This document shows, in pieces, positions 1 to 7,830 of a stretch of 64,000 nt of DNA. The stretch comes from Burkholderiaceae bacterium (lineage in GTDB: Bacteria; Pseudomonadota; Gammaproteobacteria; Burkholderiales; Burkholderiaceae_D): the NCBI GenBank assembly GCA_004298905.1, contig SCTK01000018.1:5870-69869 (forward strand), written 5' to 3'. Within the stretch, counting starts at the first letter, position 1. The number at the start of each line of letters is the position of its first letter. The translations under genes and the position numbers were made by a program. The notes under the pieces are model-generated. The model did not search any database. It saw only the letters and a program-made list of their open reading frames with translations, and was not told where the DNA came from.

Positions 1-781
1 CAAGCGTGAATACACGTTTGCCCACACCTTCCCGACCGGCACGCACGCGATGTGGTTGTACTACTGGCTGGCAACCTATGGCGTCGACCCGTTCAAGGAT
101 GTGAAAACCATTACCGTGCCACCGCCGCAAATGGTCGCAAACATGCGCGTTGGCAACATGGATGGCTATTGTGTGGGTGAGCCGTGGGGCCACCGCGCCA
201 TCATCGACGGCATCGGCATTACCGCAGTGACGACGCAGGATATCTGGAAAGACCATCCGGAAAAAGTGCTCGGCACGCGTGATGAATTCGTCCAGCAGAA
301 TCCCAACACCTGCCGCGCCGTGGTCAGCGCGATTCTGGAAGCCGGTCGCTGGATCGACAGCGGTTTGATGAACAAGCGCCAGATGGCCGAAGTGATTTCC
401 GCACCGGCCTATGTCAACACCTCGACCGATGCCATCAACGAGCGCATTCTCGGCCGCTATCAAAACGGCCTGGGAAAAACCTGGGATGACCCCAACCACA
501 TGAAGTTCTACAACGACGGCGCGGTGAACTTCCCCTACCTCTCCGACGGCATGTGGTTCCTCACCCAGCACAAACGCTGGGGCTTGCTGAAGACGGATCC
601 GGATTATCTGGCCGTGGCGAAGCAGATCAACAAGATCGATCTGTACAAGCAGGCCGCCACCGCCACCAAGACACCGCTGCCGAAGAGCGACATGCGCACG
701 TCGAAACTGATCGACGGCACGGTGTGGGACGGCAAGGATCCGGCGAAGTACGCCGCGTCGTTCAAGATTCGCGCGGCTTGA
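1..781 (+). CDS. nrtA: Nitrate/nitrite ABC transporter periplasmic substrate-binding protein (NrtA/NasF/CmpA family), C-terminal part; 5' end lies outside the window
   Basis: The frame is open from nt 2 to the stop at 779-781. TFAHTFPTGTHAMWLYYWLA and PPPQMVANMRVGNMDGYCVGEPWGHRAI match this binding-protein family. The cognate permease and ATPase genes follow. Confidence 0.8.
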   Translation, partial: KREYTFAHTFPTGTHAMWLYYWLATYGVDPFKDVKTITVPPPQMVANMRVGNMDGYCVGEPWGHRAIIDGIGITAVTTQDIWKDHPEKVLGTRDEFVQQNPNTCRAVVSAILEAGRWIDSGLMNKRQMAEVISAPAYVNTSTDAINERILGRYQNGLGKTWDDPNHMKFYNDGAVNFPYLSDGMWFLTQHKRWGLLKTDPDYLAVAKQINKIDLYKQAATATKTPLPKSDMRTSKLIDGTVWDGKDPAKYAASFKIRAA

Positions 782-791
782 AATTGGAAAT

Positions 792-884
792 CCCTCCCCC
801 TTCAAGGGGGAGGTTAGGAGGGGGATGGGGTTCGGTCTCAGACGAAACCCATCCCCACCCCGGCCCTCCCCTTGAGGGGGAGGG
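792..884. repeat. Composite REP-like palindromic element (three consecutive hairpins)
   Basis: Seen directly: CCTCCCCC-ttcaa-GGGGGAGG, then GGGGATGGGGTTCG...CGAAACCCATCCCC, then CCCTCCCC-ttga-GGGGAGGG. An element of the same architecture lies at 11712-11832. Track ORFs crossing it are artefacts. Confidence 0.7.
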
Positions 885-904
885 AGTTGAGAAAGGAGTT
901 GAAC

Positions 905-1867
905 ATGAGTGCAGCAATGAATCCAGTCCTCGCCGCCAGGGCGGCACCCAGAGAAAGCAAGACACCGACAATGGTTCCGGCCGCCAAGGCGGTTGAGCCG
1001 CAGCAGGATGCTGCAAATTCGGTTGCGATACCGCCTGCGGCACAGGTCGAGGCAACGCCTGCCGCACAGCCGGTGATTTCGGCAGCGGTCAAACGCAAGA
1101 TACGCAATGAGCGCATCCTGAAGGTCGTGGCGCCCGTGTTCGGCCTGCTACTGTTGCTGCTGGTGTGGGAGATTGTCTCCAAGGGTGGCCAGACGATTCC
1201 CGGCCCGGTTGCCACATTCAAGCATGGCGTGACGATTTTTTCCGATCCGTTTTATCAAAATGGGCCGAACGATCAAGGCATCGCCTACAAGATCATCAAC
1301 TCGCTGGAGCGGGTCGCACTCGGTTTCGGGCTGGCCGCACTGGTTGGCATTCCAGCCGGATTCATGCTGGGCCGCTTCACGTTTTTCAACAACATGTTCA
1401 GCCCCATCATTTCGCTGCTGCGCCCGGTCTCGCCGCTGGCCTGGCTGCCGATTGGGCTGCTGGTTTTCAAGGGTGCCAACCCGGCGGCGATCTGGACGAT
1501 TTTCATTTCCTCGATCTGGCCGATGCTGATCAACACCGCCGTTGGCGTGCAGCGCGTGCCGGCCGATTACATGAACGTGGCCAAGGTGCTCAACCTGTCC
1601 GAGTGGAGAATTTTCACGCGCATTTTGTTTCCCGCCGTGCTGCCCTACATGATGACCGGCGTGCGCCTGTCCATCGGTGTGGCCTGGCTGGTGATCGTCG
1701 CCGCCGAAATGCTCACTGGCGGAGTGGGTGTCGGCTTCTGGGTGTGGGACGAGTGGAACAACCTGAAAGTCGAAAGCATCCTGATCGCCATCATCGTGAT
1801 CGGCGTGATCGGTCTGCTGCTGGAAGCCGCGTTGATGGCCCTGGCAAAACGTTTCTCCTACGAGTGA
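905..1867 (+). CDS. nrtB: Nitrate ABC transporter permease
   Basis: ATG at 905 is preceded by GAAAGGAG. The product is a multi-TM protein ending in VAAEMLTGGVGVGFWVWDEWNNL, typical of NrtB/NasE/TauC-type permeases. The TTG at 872 on the track lies inside the repeat and is unlikely to be the start. Confidence 0.85.
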   Translation: MSAAMNPVLAARAAPRESKTPTMVPAAKAVEPQQDAANSVAIPPAAQVEATPAAQPVISAAVKRKIRNERILKVVAPVFGLLLLLLVWEIVSKGGQTIPGPVATFKHGVTIFSDPFYQNGPNDQGIAYKIINSLERVALGFGLAALVGIPAGFMLGRFTFFNNMFSPIISLLRPVSPLAWLPIGLLVFKGANPAAIWTIFISSIWPMLINTAVGVQRVPADYMNVAKVLNLSEWRIFTRILFPAVLPYMMTGVRLSIGVAWLVIVAAEMLTGGVGVGFWVWDEWNNLKVESILIAIIVIGVIGLLLEAALMALAKRFSYE

Positions 1868-1875
1868 GGCCTGAC

Positions 1876-2688
1876 ATGAGTATCGAAAAACTGGAACGCG
1901 ATTATCTGAAAGTGGAAAACGCCGGCATGGTGTTCGACACCAAGCAGGGTTATTTCACCGCGCTGCGCGATATCAATCTAGCGGTGGCCAAGGGTGAGTT
2001 TGTCACGCTGATCGGCCACTCCGGTTGCGGCAAATCGACGCTGCTGAATTTGATGGCGGGCCTGCTGCAAGCCACCTCCGGCGTCCTGCTGTGCGCCAAC
2101 CGCGAAATCGCTGGCCCGGGCCCGGAACGCTCGATGGTGTTTCAAAACCATTCGCTGCTGCCCTGGCTGACTTGTTATCAAAACGTCCATCTCGCGGTCG
2201 AGCGGGTGTTTGGCGCGAACGAATCCAAGGCGCAGTTGCGTGCCCGCACCCATGCCGCGCTCGAGCTGGTGGGATTGACGCACGCTGCGCACAAACGTCC
2301 CGCCGAAATTTCCGGTGGCATGAAGCAGCGCGTCGGTATTGCCCGCGCGCTGTCGATGGAGCCCAGAGTCTTGTTGATGGATGAACCCTTTGGCGCACTC
2401 GATGCGCTGACGCGCGCCCACCTGCAGGACGAACTGCTCAAGATCGTGGCGCAGACCAAAAGCACGGTGGTCATGGTGACGCACGACGTCGACGAAGCGG
2501 TGTTGTTGTCGGACCGCATCGTCATGATGACCAACGGACCGGCGGCCACCATCGGCGAAGTGCTCAGCGTCGACCTGCCGCGCCCGCGCGACCGCGTCGC
2601 CCTCGCGCAAGATCCGTCCTACATGAAACTGCGCACGCAAGTGCTGGAATTCCTGTATCGCAAGCAAGTACACAAGCAGGCAGCATGA
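1876..2688 (+). CDS. nrtD: Nitrate ABC transporter ATP-binding protein
   Basis: Walker A GHSGCGKST, ABC signature ISGGMKQRVGIARAL and Walker B LLMDEPFGALD are present. ATG at 1876 lies 9 nt after the nrtB stop. The long 1165..2688 track ORF is an upstream extension overlapping nrtB. Confidence 0.85.
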   Translation: MSIEKLERDYLKVENAGMVFDTKQGYFTALRDINLAVAKGEFVTLIGHSGCGKSTLLNLMAGLLQATSGVLLCANREIAGPGPERSMVFQNHSLLPWLTCYQNVHLAVERVFGANESKAQLRARTHAALELVGLTHAAHKRPAEISGGMKQRVGIARALSMEPRVLLMDEPFGALDALTRAHLQDELLKIVAQTKSTVVMVTHDVDEAVLLSDRIVMMTNGPAATIGEVLSVDLPRPRDRVALAQDPSYMKLRTQVLEFLYRKQVHKQAA

Positions 2689-2745
2689 TCACAATGCAGG
2701 GCGCTGCGCGGCGAAGCCGCATCATGATTAGTCTGGAGTCATCGC

Positions 2746-4839
2746 ATGAGCGGTAACAAGAAAACGAGTGTAAAAGCAGCAGCAGGTTACGTCGGCAAGT
2801 ATCGCGAAATTCTTTTGGCGGTGGCGTTTTTTCTGGTGTTCGATCTGGCGGTACTGGTTCTGAATTTTTATATCTCGTTCCAGATTTCCGAAGATGCGAA
2901 TGCCATCAACCTGGCTGGGCGTCAGCGTATGTTGTCGCAGCGCATGGCCAAGGCGGCATATGCGATCGACGCTGATTTCTCGGCCGGGGTGTCGACGGGG
3001 GAGAGTGTCGAAGAGTTGAAAAAAACCGTCTCCCTGTTCGATCAAACCTTGCAAGCCTTTGTGCAGGGCGGTGAGGTGACCGGGGCGGGTGGCAATCCCG
3101 TCGTCCTGCAGGCGGTTGAGGCGGCCGGTGGCCGCAAGATCATGGATCAGGCGGTACCGCTGTGGGCTGTGTACCGGGAAGCGCTGCTGCCCTTGCAGCG
3201 CGAGCAACTCAGCGCGGCGGAGATTGCGACGGCGGTTGCCGTGGCACGCGCCAATAACGTCAAGCTGCTCGGCTTGATGAACGATCTGACCAACCATCTG
3301 GAACGCGTGGCAGCGGCCAAGGCCGATCGTTTGCGGCTGGTGCAAACGGCCGGGATTTTGCTGGCGCTGGTCAACTTCGCCTTCATTCTGTTCAAATTCA
3401 TCCGCAAGTTGCGCGAGAATGACCGCGCCATCGAAGCGGCGCAAAACGAGACGGCCGAGATTCTCGGTACCGTGAGAGAGGGGCTGTTTTTGCTTGATGC
3501 ACGCTACAAGATCGGCTCGCAGTATTCGGCCTCGCTGAGCCCGATTCTCGGTCAGCCCATCGTGGCCGGTGAGAACTTTCTCGATGTGCTGAAAAAAATG
3601 GTCCCCACGACCGTCTATGAGACTGCGCGCGATTACATCGAATTGCTGCTCGGCGACCGGGTCAAGGAAAGTCTGGTGCAGGAACTCAATCCACTGATTG
3701 CCGTTGAAGTCCTGGTCTCACTGGACCCGGTGCACCCGGCTTCACGTTTTCTGACGTTTCAATTCAACCGCGTCATGCAGGGCGGCGTGGTGCGGCACTT
3801 GCTGGTGACCGTATCGGATGTGACCGCGCAGGTTGAACTGGAAAGCAAACTTGCGCAGGCGCGTCAAAAGGCACGCACCGAAGTGGCGGTGATGCTAGAT
3901 GTCCTCAAGGTCAGTCCGGAAGTGTTGCGCCGCTTTCTGACCGATACGGAAAAAGCGCTGCTGGAAATCAATGATCAGTTGCGTAGCGTCGGTTCGGGGC
4001 GCCCCGACTATCACCGCCTGATCGACAATGTCTTTCGCAAGATCCATACGATCAAGGGCGATGCAGCGACGCTGGGGCTGGAAATGTTTGAAGAACTGGC
4101 ACACGAGTTTGAATCCCTGTTGCGCCCCTTGCGCGACAACAAGTTGAACGGCGGCCAGGTGAGTGGCGAAGATCTGCTGCGCGTGCCGATGCCGCTGGAT
4201 GAAATGCTGGAACGAGTCACCATGGTGCGCGACATGCTCGCGCGCTTGAGCAGTTATCAGCAGGGCAGCGATGCGGTGGGGAATGCGCGCGAATTCACCG
4301 AACAGTTGCACGCGCTGACACAACGCATCGCCACCGATCATGGCAAGCAAGTCACCTTGCAGGCAGATCTCGATTTGCTCGACGCTCTGCCGCAGGCCAT
4401 GCGCCAGGAGGTCAAGGACATTGTTGTGCAACTGTTGCGCAATGCCGTCGTGCACGGCATCGAACCCGGCATGCAGCGGCGTGCGCTGTCCAAGAACGAA
4501 ACCGGCGCCATTGCCCTGCACCTGCGTAATCAGGACGACGGCGAACTGGAGCTGGTGCTGCGCGATGATGGCCGTGGCATCTCGCCGTATCAGGTGCGCA
4601 CCGCGTTGATCGCATCCGGCCGCTATACCGAGAAGCAATTGAACGAGCTGGATGATCGCAGTTTGTTGTTGAAGATTTTTGAACCGGGTTTTTCAACGGC
4701 AGCGGGACTGTCGCGGCATGCCGGGCAGGGAGTGGGGATGGATGTCGTGCATCAGAAAATTCTGCAACTGGGTGCGCGCTTGCGGGTGGCAACCCGTCCC
4801 AATAGCTACACACAGTTTTCCATCGTGTTCAGTGCGTAG
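2746..4839 (+). CDS. Transmembrane sensor kinase: PilJ/NarX-type periplasmic sensor module fused to a CheA-type HPt + HATPase core, with no CheW-like domain
   Basis: TM1 is ILLAVAFFLVFDLAVLVLNFYISF. AINLAGRQRMLSQRMAK matches the PF13675/P-box-like signature. TM2 is around ILLALVNFAFILFKFI. HPt motif FRKIHTIKGDAATLG is present. The CheA-like ATPase boxes are LLRNAVVHGIE (N), DDGRGI (G1), FEPGFST (F) and GQGVGMDVV (G2). The protein ends about 30 aa after G2. Confidence 0.75.
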   Translation: MSGNKKTSVKAAAGYVGKYREILLAVAFFLVFDLAVLVLNFYISFQISEDANAINLAGRQRMLSQRMAKAAYAIDADFSAGVSTGESVEELKKTVSLFDQTLQAFVQGGEVTGAGGNPVVLQAVEAAGGRKIMDQAVPLWAVYREALLPLQREQLSAAEIATAVAVARANNVKLLGLMNDLTNHLERVAAAKADRLRLVQTAGILLALVNFAFILFKFIRKLRENDRAIEAAQNETAEILGTVREGLFLLDARYKIGSQYSASLSPILGQPIVAGENFLDVLKKMVPTTVYETARDYIELLLGDRVKESLVQELNPLIAVEVLVSLDPVHPASRFLTFQFNRVMQGGVVRHLLVTVSDVTAQVELESKLAQARQKARTEVAVMLDVLKVSPEVLRRFLTDTEKALLEINDQLRSVGSGRPDYHRLIDNVFRKIHTIKGDAATLGLEMFEELAHEFESLLRPLRDNKLNGGQVSGEDLLRVPMPLDEMLERVTMVRDMLARLSSYQQGSDAVGNAREFTEQLHALTQRIATDHGKQVTLQADLDLLDALPQAMRQEVKDIVVQLLRNAVVHGIEPGMQRRALSKNETGAIALHLRNQDDGELELVLRDDGRGISPYQVRTALIASGRYTEKQLNELDDRSLLLKIFEPGFSTAAGLSRHAGQGVGMDVVHQKILQLGARLRVATRPNSYTQFSIVFSA

Positions 4840-4848
4840 CCGGAGCCG

Positions 4849-5217
4849 ATGATGAAACTGATGATCGTGGATGACTCCAATATCATTCGCACCCGCATTG
4901 CCCGCCTCACCGTGGATTCGCGTCTGCCCCTGTTCCAGATTATCGGCATGGCCAAGAATGGATTGGAAGCGCTGTCGCTGGCGCAGCGCTTTCAGCCCAA
5001 GGTGGTGACGATGGATTTGACCATGCCGGAAATGGACGGCATTACCTGTGTCGAGAAACTGTGCCATCTCGACCCGAGCATGCGCATCCTCGTGATTTCG
5101 GCACTGAGCGATAAAACGACCGCGATCAACGCCTTGAAGAAAGGGGCACACGGTTTTTTGCACAAACCCTTCAGCGACGAGCAACTGGTCGGCGGTATGC
5201 TGGAATTGCTTCGGTAG
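4849..5217 (+). CDS. Single-domain CheY-like response regulator
   Basis: 122 aa with LMIVDDS and the phospho-acceptor context VVTMDLTMPEMDG, plus a conserved K in FLHKPF. It starts 10 nt after the kinase stop. Confidence 0.85.
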   Translation: MMKLMIVDDSNIIRTRIARLTVDSRLPLFQIIGMAKNGLEALSLAQRFQPKVVTMDLTMPEMDGITCVEKLCHLDPSMRILVISALSDKTTAINALKKGAHGFLHKPFSDEQLVGGMLELLR

Positions 5218-5249
5218 TTGTAAGGAAAATAAAAAATGAGCGACCAACC

Positions 5250-5723
5250 ATGAGCGACCTGAGCGAATCCCAACTGAAAATTTTTATCGACGCGGTGTTG
5301 CACTACTTCAGTCAGATGACCCAACGCCCCGCCGAAATCAAGACGTCGTATCTGGCTGAGCAGGGCACGCCCAGCTTCGATTACACCGGCTTGATCACGA
5401 CCTCCAATTGTTATCGCGGTTGTGTCTATTTCACCGCGCCACGGCTGATGCTGCGTCAATTGCTGATCGAAATGCGCGAGCCCGACACGACCGAAGCCAA
5501 CCTGCTCGATGCCGTCGGCGAAATCGCCAACACGATTGCCGGCAACGCGCGCCGCCACTTTGGCGAGGCGCTGGAAATTTCTGTACCGGTCGCATTCAAG
5601 GGCGTCGCCGAACAACTCCGGGCCGCTGTGCGCGCACGCCCCTTTGTCATCGTGGTGGGTTGGTGCGGTCATGAGGCTGCGGTCGTAGTGGATATCGAAG
5701 CTGACCCCGCATCATCGCGCTGA
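5250..5723 (+). CDS. CheX-like chemotaxis phosphatase family protein
   Basis: 157 aa. AVGEIANTIAGNARRHFGE resembles the CheX/CheC-type E-x2-N signature helix. The gene is co-directional and tightly spaced after the CheY-like gene. Confidence 0.65.
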   Translation: MSDLSESQLKIFIDAVLHYFSQMTQRPAEIKTSYLAEQGTPSFDYTGLITTSNCYRGCVYFTAPRLMLRQLLIEMREPDTTEANLLDAVGEIANTIAGNARRHFGEALEISVPVAFKGVAEQLRAAVRARPFVIVVGWCGHEAAVVVDIEADPASSR

Positions 5724-5732
5724 AAGGAAAAC

Positions 5733-6089
5733 ATGGAAACGACACGTATCTTCAATAGCGCGGATTATTTTCAACCCGCAGAGGGCGAACCGATCCGTTC
5801 GGTGGTGACGGAGTCGAAAGACGCCGTCGTGGTCGCCTGGCATGTCAAACCGGGGCAAAGCATTCGTCCGCACATCCACCCCAGCGGACAAGACACCTGG
5901 ACCATCCTCTCCGGCAGCGGCCGCTATTTTCTCGAGCAAGACGGCACCTCGCAACAGATCAAGGCAGGCGATGTCGTGATCGCCCCCACCGCCGCCCTGC
6001 ACGGCGTGTTGAACAACGGTACCGTACCGCTCGTATTCATTTCTGTGGTGTCACCGGCCGATGCGGGTTATGAATTGATGGCGCTGTAA
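5733..6089 (+). CDS. Cupin domain protein
   Basis: 118 aa. The pattern HIHPSGQDTWTILSGSG ... AGDVVIAPTAALHGV fits the two cupin motifs G-x5-H-x-H...G and G-x5-P-x-G-x2-H. Confidence 0.7.
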   Translation: METTRIFNSADYFQPAEGEPIRSVVTESKDAVVVAWHVKPGQSIRPHIHPSGQDTWTILSGSGRYFLEQDGTSQQIKAGDVVIAPTAALHGVLNNGTVPLVFISVVSPADAGYELMAL

Positions 6090-6226
6090 ATCGGCCAGAC
6101 TCGGCCGACGTGCCTCCGTACGCTAAAGGTTTGATAGAGCTTATACTGCACGGGATTCAATTCCTCTCAACACAAGACAGATCTCTATCTGGAGACGCTG
6201 ACCTGTCGCAGACCAAAGGAGCCATC

Positions 6227-6550
6227 ATGGGTGTGATTTTTGTTATCGCAATCACTGTTTTCGTTCTTGCAGGTTTTTGGAAGGTATTCGAAAAGGCAGG
6301 GCAGCCGGGTTGGGGTGCGCTCGTTCCTATCTACAACGGCTACCTTATGGCCAAAGTCGCCGGGCGCCCAGGGTGGTGGTTGATTTTGATGTTCATCCCA
6401 CTCGTCAACTTCATCATCGCCATTATTCTGTCGCTTGATATCGCGAAAAAATTCGGACAGGGCGCTGGGTTTGGCATCGGGCTTCTCCTCCTCGGCTTCA
6501 TCTTTTACCCCATCCTGGGTTTTGGAGATGCGGTCTATCAGAATAATTAA
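6227..6550 (+). CDS. Small integral membrane protein (DUF5684-like)
   Basis: ATG at 6227 is preceded by AAAGGAG. There are three predicted TM helices. WKVFEKAGQPGWGALVPIYN ... GRPGWW matches what I recall of DUF5684. The track start at 6110 has no RBS. Confidence 0.6.
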   Translation: MGVIFVIAITVFVLAGFWKVFEKAGQPGWGALVPIYNGYLMAKVAGRPGWWLILMFIPLVNFIIAIILSLDIAKKFGQGAGFGIGLLLLGFIFYPILGFGDAVYQNN

Positions 6551-6751
6551 GCTCAGGCCGTTAAAAGCCGCGCACTGCGGAAGAAACGTGGTCTGTGTCC
6601 CTAAGATACCGGGCCGTACAGCCCGATAGCATCGCAATACTTGCCTTGCATCGCGCAAATGCGGGACACTGAGCGCATGAATAAAAAAACAAATCAATGC
6701 TGTAAGAGCGCCATGCATATTTTCTGGAGATTGCGATGGCGCGCTACAAGG

Positions 6752-6886
6752 TCACTGATCGAAGCCCGGGATTTCTGCCGGTCGTTCTAGGTGCCCAACC
6801 CTGATGGCTGATGGGTGCTGCGCGTCGGCCACGGCCGGTTGATAAACATTCTTTGCCAAATCCACTGCAACAGTTGTAGCATTCAT
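6752..6886 (-). pseudogene. N-terminal stub (44 codons) of an IS110-family (DEDD) transposase
   Basis: My own translation of the minus strand gives MNATTVAVDLAKNVYQPAVAD..., preceded by GAGAGGAG. This matches the conserved IS110 N-terminus (x-V-G-[IL]-D-L-A-K-x-V-F-Q). The similarity is lost after about 20 aa and a stop follows at codon 45. It is too short for the ORF track. Confidence 0.4.
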
Positions 6887-7063
6887 TTCGACTCCTCTCT
6901 CGGATTGGGTTATGCTGACTCGCTCTCAAATCGTCGCCAGCGGGCACTATGATGCCGTGCAAATTCGGGGGGAGTCCATCCCGTCAGTCCGTTGGGCCGC
7001 ACGTCAGTGGGGCAATGCAACCTCGTCCCGCTATCATCCACTCGCTTAGCGCACGGAGAACAC

Positions 7064-7642
7064 ATGTCACGCATCCGCCCCACCAAGTTCGCCCACGTCG
7101 TCTACCGCACCCGCCGCTTCGAGCAGATGCTGCGCTGGTATCAGACCGTGTTCGACGCCAAGGTCCAGCATCAGAATCCAGTGCTGGCTTTCCTGACCTA
7201 TGATGATGAACACCACCGGTTTGCATTTGCCAATCTGGAAATTCTGCAGCCGGAAGGTACTGAGGCGGATTGCAGAGGCAAGATCGGTGTTGACCATGTG
7301 GCGTACACCTACGCCTCGCTGATTGACCTGTTCGAGAACTATGCGCAGCTCAGAGATCAAGGTATCCGGCCCTACTGGTGCATCCATCACGGCGTTACGG
7401 TGTCGATGTACTACGCCGATCCCGATGGCAACCAGATGGAGTTCCAGGTCGACTGCTATGGTTCGAATGAAGAGGCCAACGCGTTCATGGCAGGACCGCA
7501 CTTCACCGCCAATCCGATTGGCGTCGAATATGATCCGGAAGACTGGTTGGCGAGGCTGCGCGCCGGGGCCCCTGCAAGCGAGTTTCTGCTGCGCCGGACC
7601 GACGAGCCCGTTTCCCCTATTCGAGGCTCGTTTGCGAATTAG
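7064..7642 (+). CDS. VOC-family (glyoxalase / extradiol dioxygenase fold) protein
   Basis: ATG at 7064 follows GGAGAA. KFAHVVYRTRRFEQMLRWYQTVFDAKV ... GVDHVAYTY ... GVTVSMYYADPDGNQMEF are typical beta-alpha-beta-beta-beta VOC modules with metal-ligand H and E residues. Confidence 0.7.
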   Translation: MSRIRPTKFAHVVYRTRRFEQMLRWYQTVFDAKVQHQNPVLAFLTYDDEHHRFAFANLEILQPEGTEADCRGKIGVDHVAYTYASLIDLFENYAQLRDQGIRPYWCIHHGVTVSMYYADPDGNQMEFQVDCYGSNEEANAFMAGPHFTANPIGVEYDPEDWLARLRAGAPASEFLLRRTDEPVSPIRGSFAN

Positions 7643-7830
7643 CCACGGCACGTTGGCAACCGATCCTTGCTTGGCGCGGCTTCGTTGGCCCGAGCGATCG
7701 CAGCCGACGTCCCAATCGTTCGAGACTTTGTCGCGCACGGGGAAAGGAAATGAAAATGCTCAAGATCGAGAAATTTGTGGGTGGCAACCATCCGCTGGTT
7801 TCATTGCACTAGTTGAATAGGGGGAATCAA

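Noticed and set aside
553-1221. ORFs 553..996 (+), 762..1067 (-) and 838..1221 (-)
   Set aside because: They overlap nrtA/nrtB out of frame or antisense and traverse the REP-like element. They have a Gly/Pro/Arg-rich composition.
1165-1875. N-terminal 237-codon extension of the ATPase ORF (track ORF 1165..2688)
   Set aside because: The extension overlaps nrtB in another frame and is Arg/Ala/Gly-rich. The conserved ATPase begins at MSIEKLE (ATG 1876), just after the nrtB stop.
6744-6962. 72-aa minus-strand ORF
   Set aside because: It is a different frame from the IS110-like stub. It is Arg/Gly/Cys-rich with no RBS. The ATG 6886 frame, with its GAGAGGAG Shine-Dalgarno and IS110 N-terminal signature, explains the region better.
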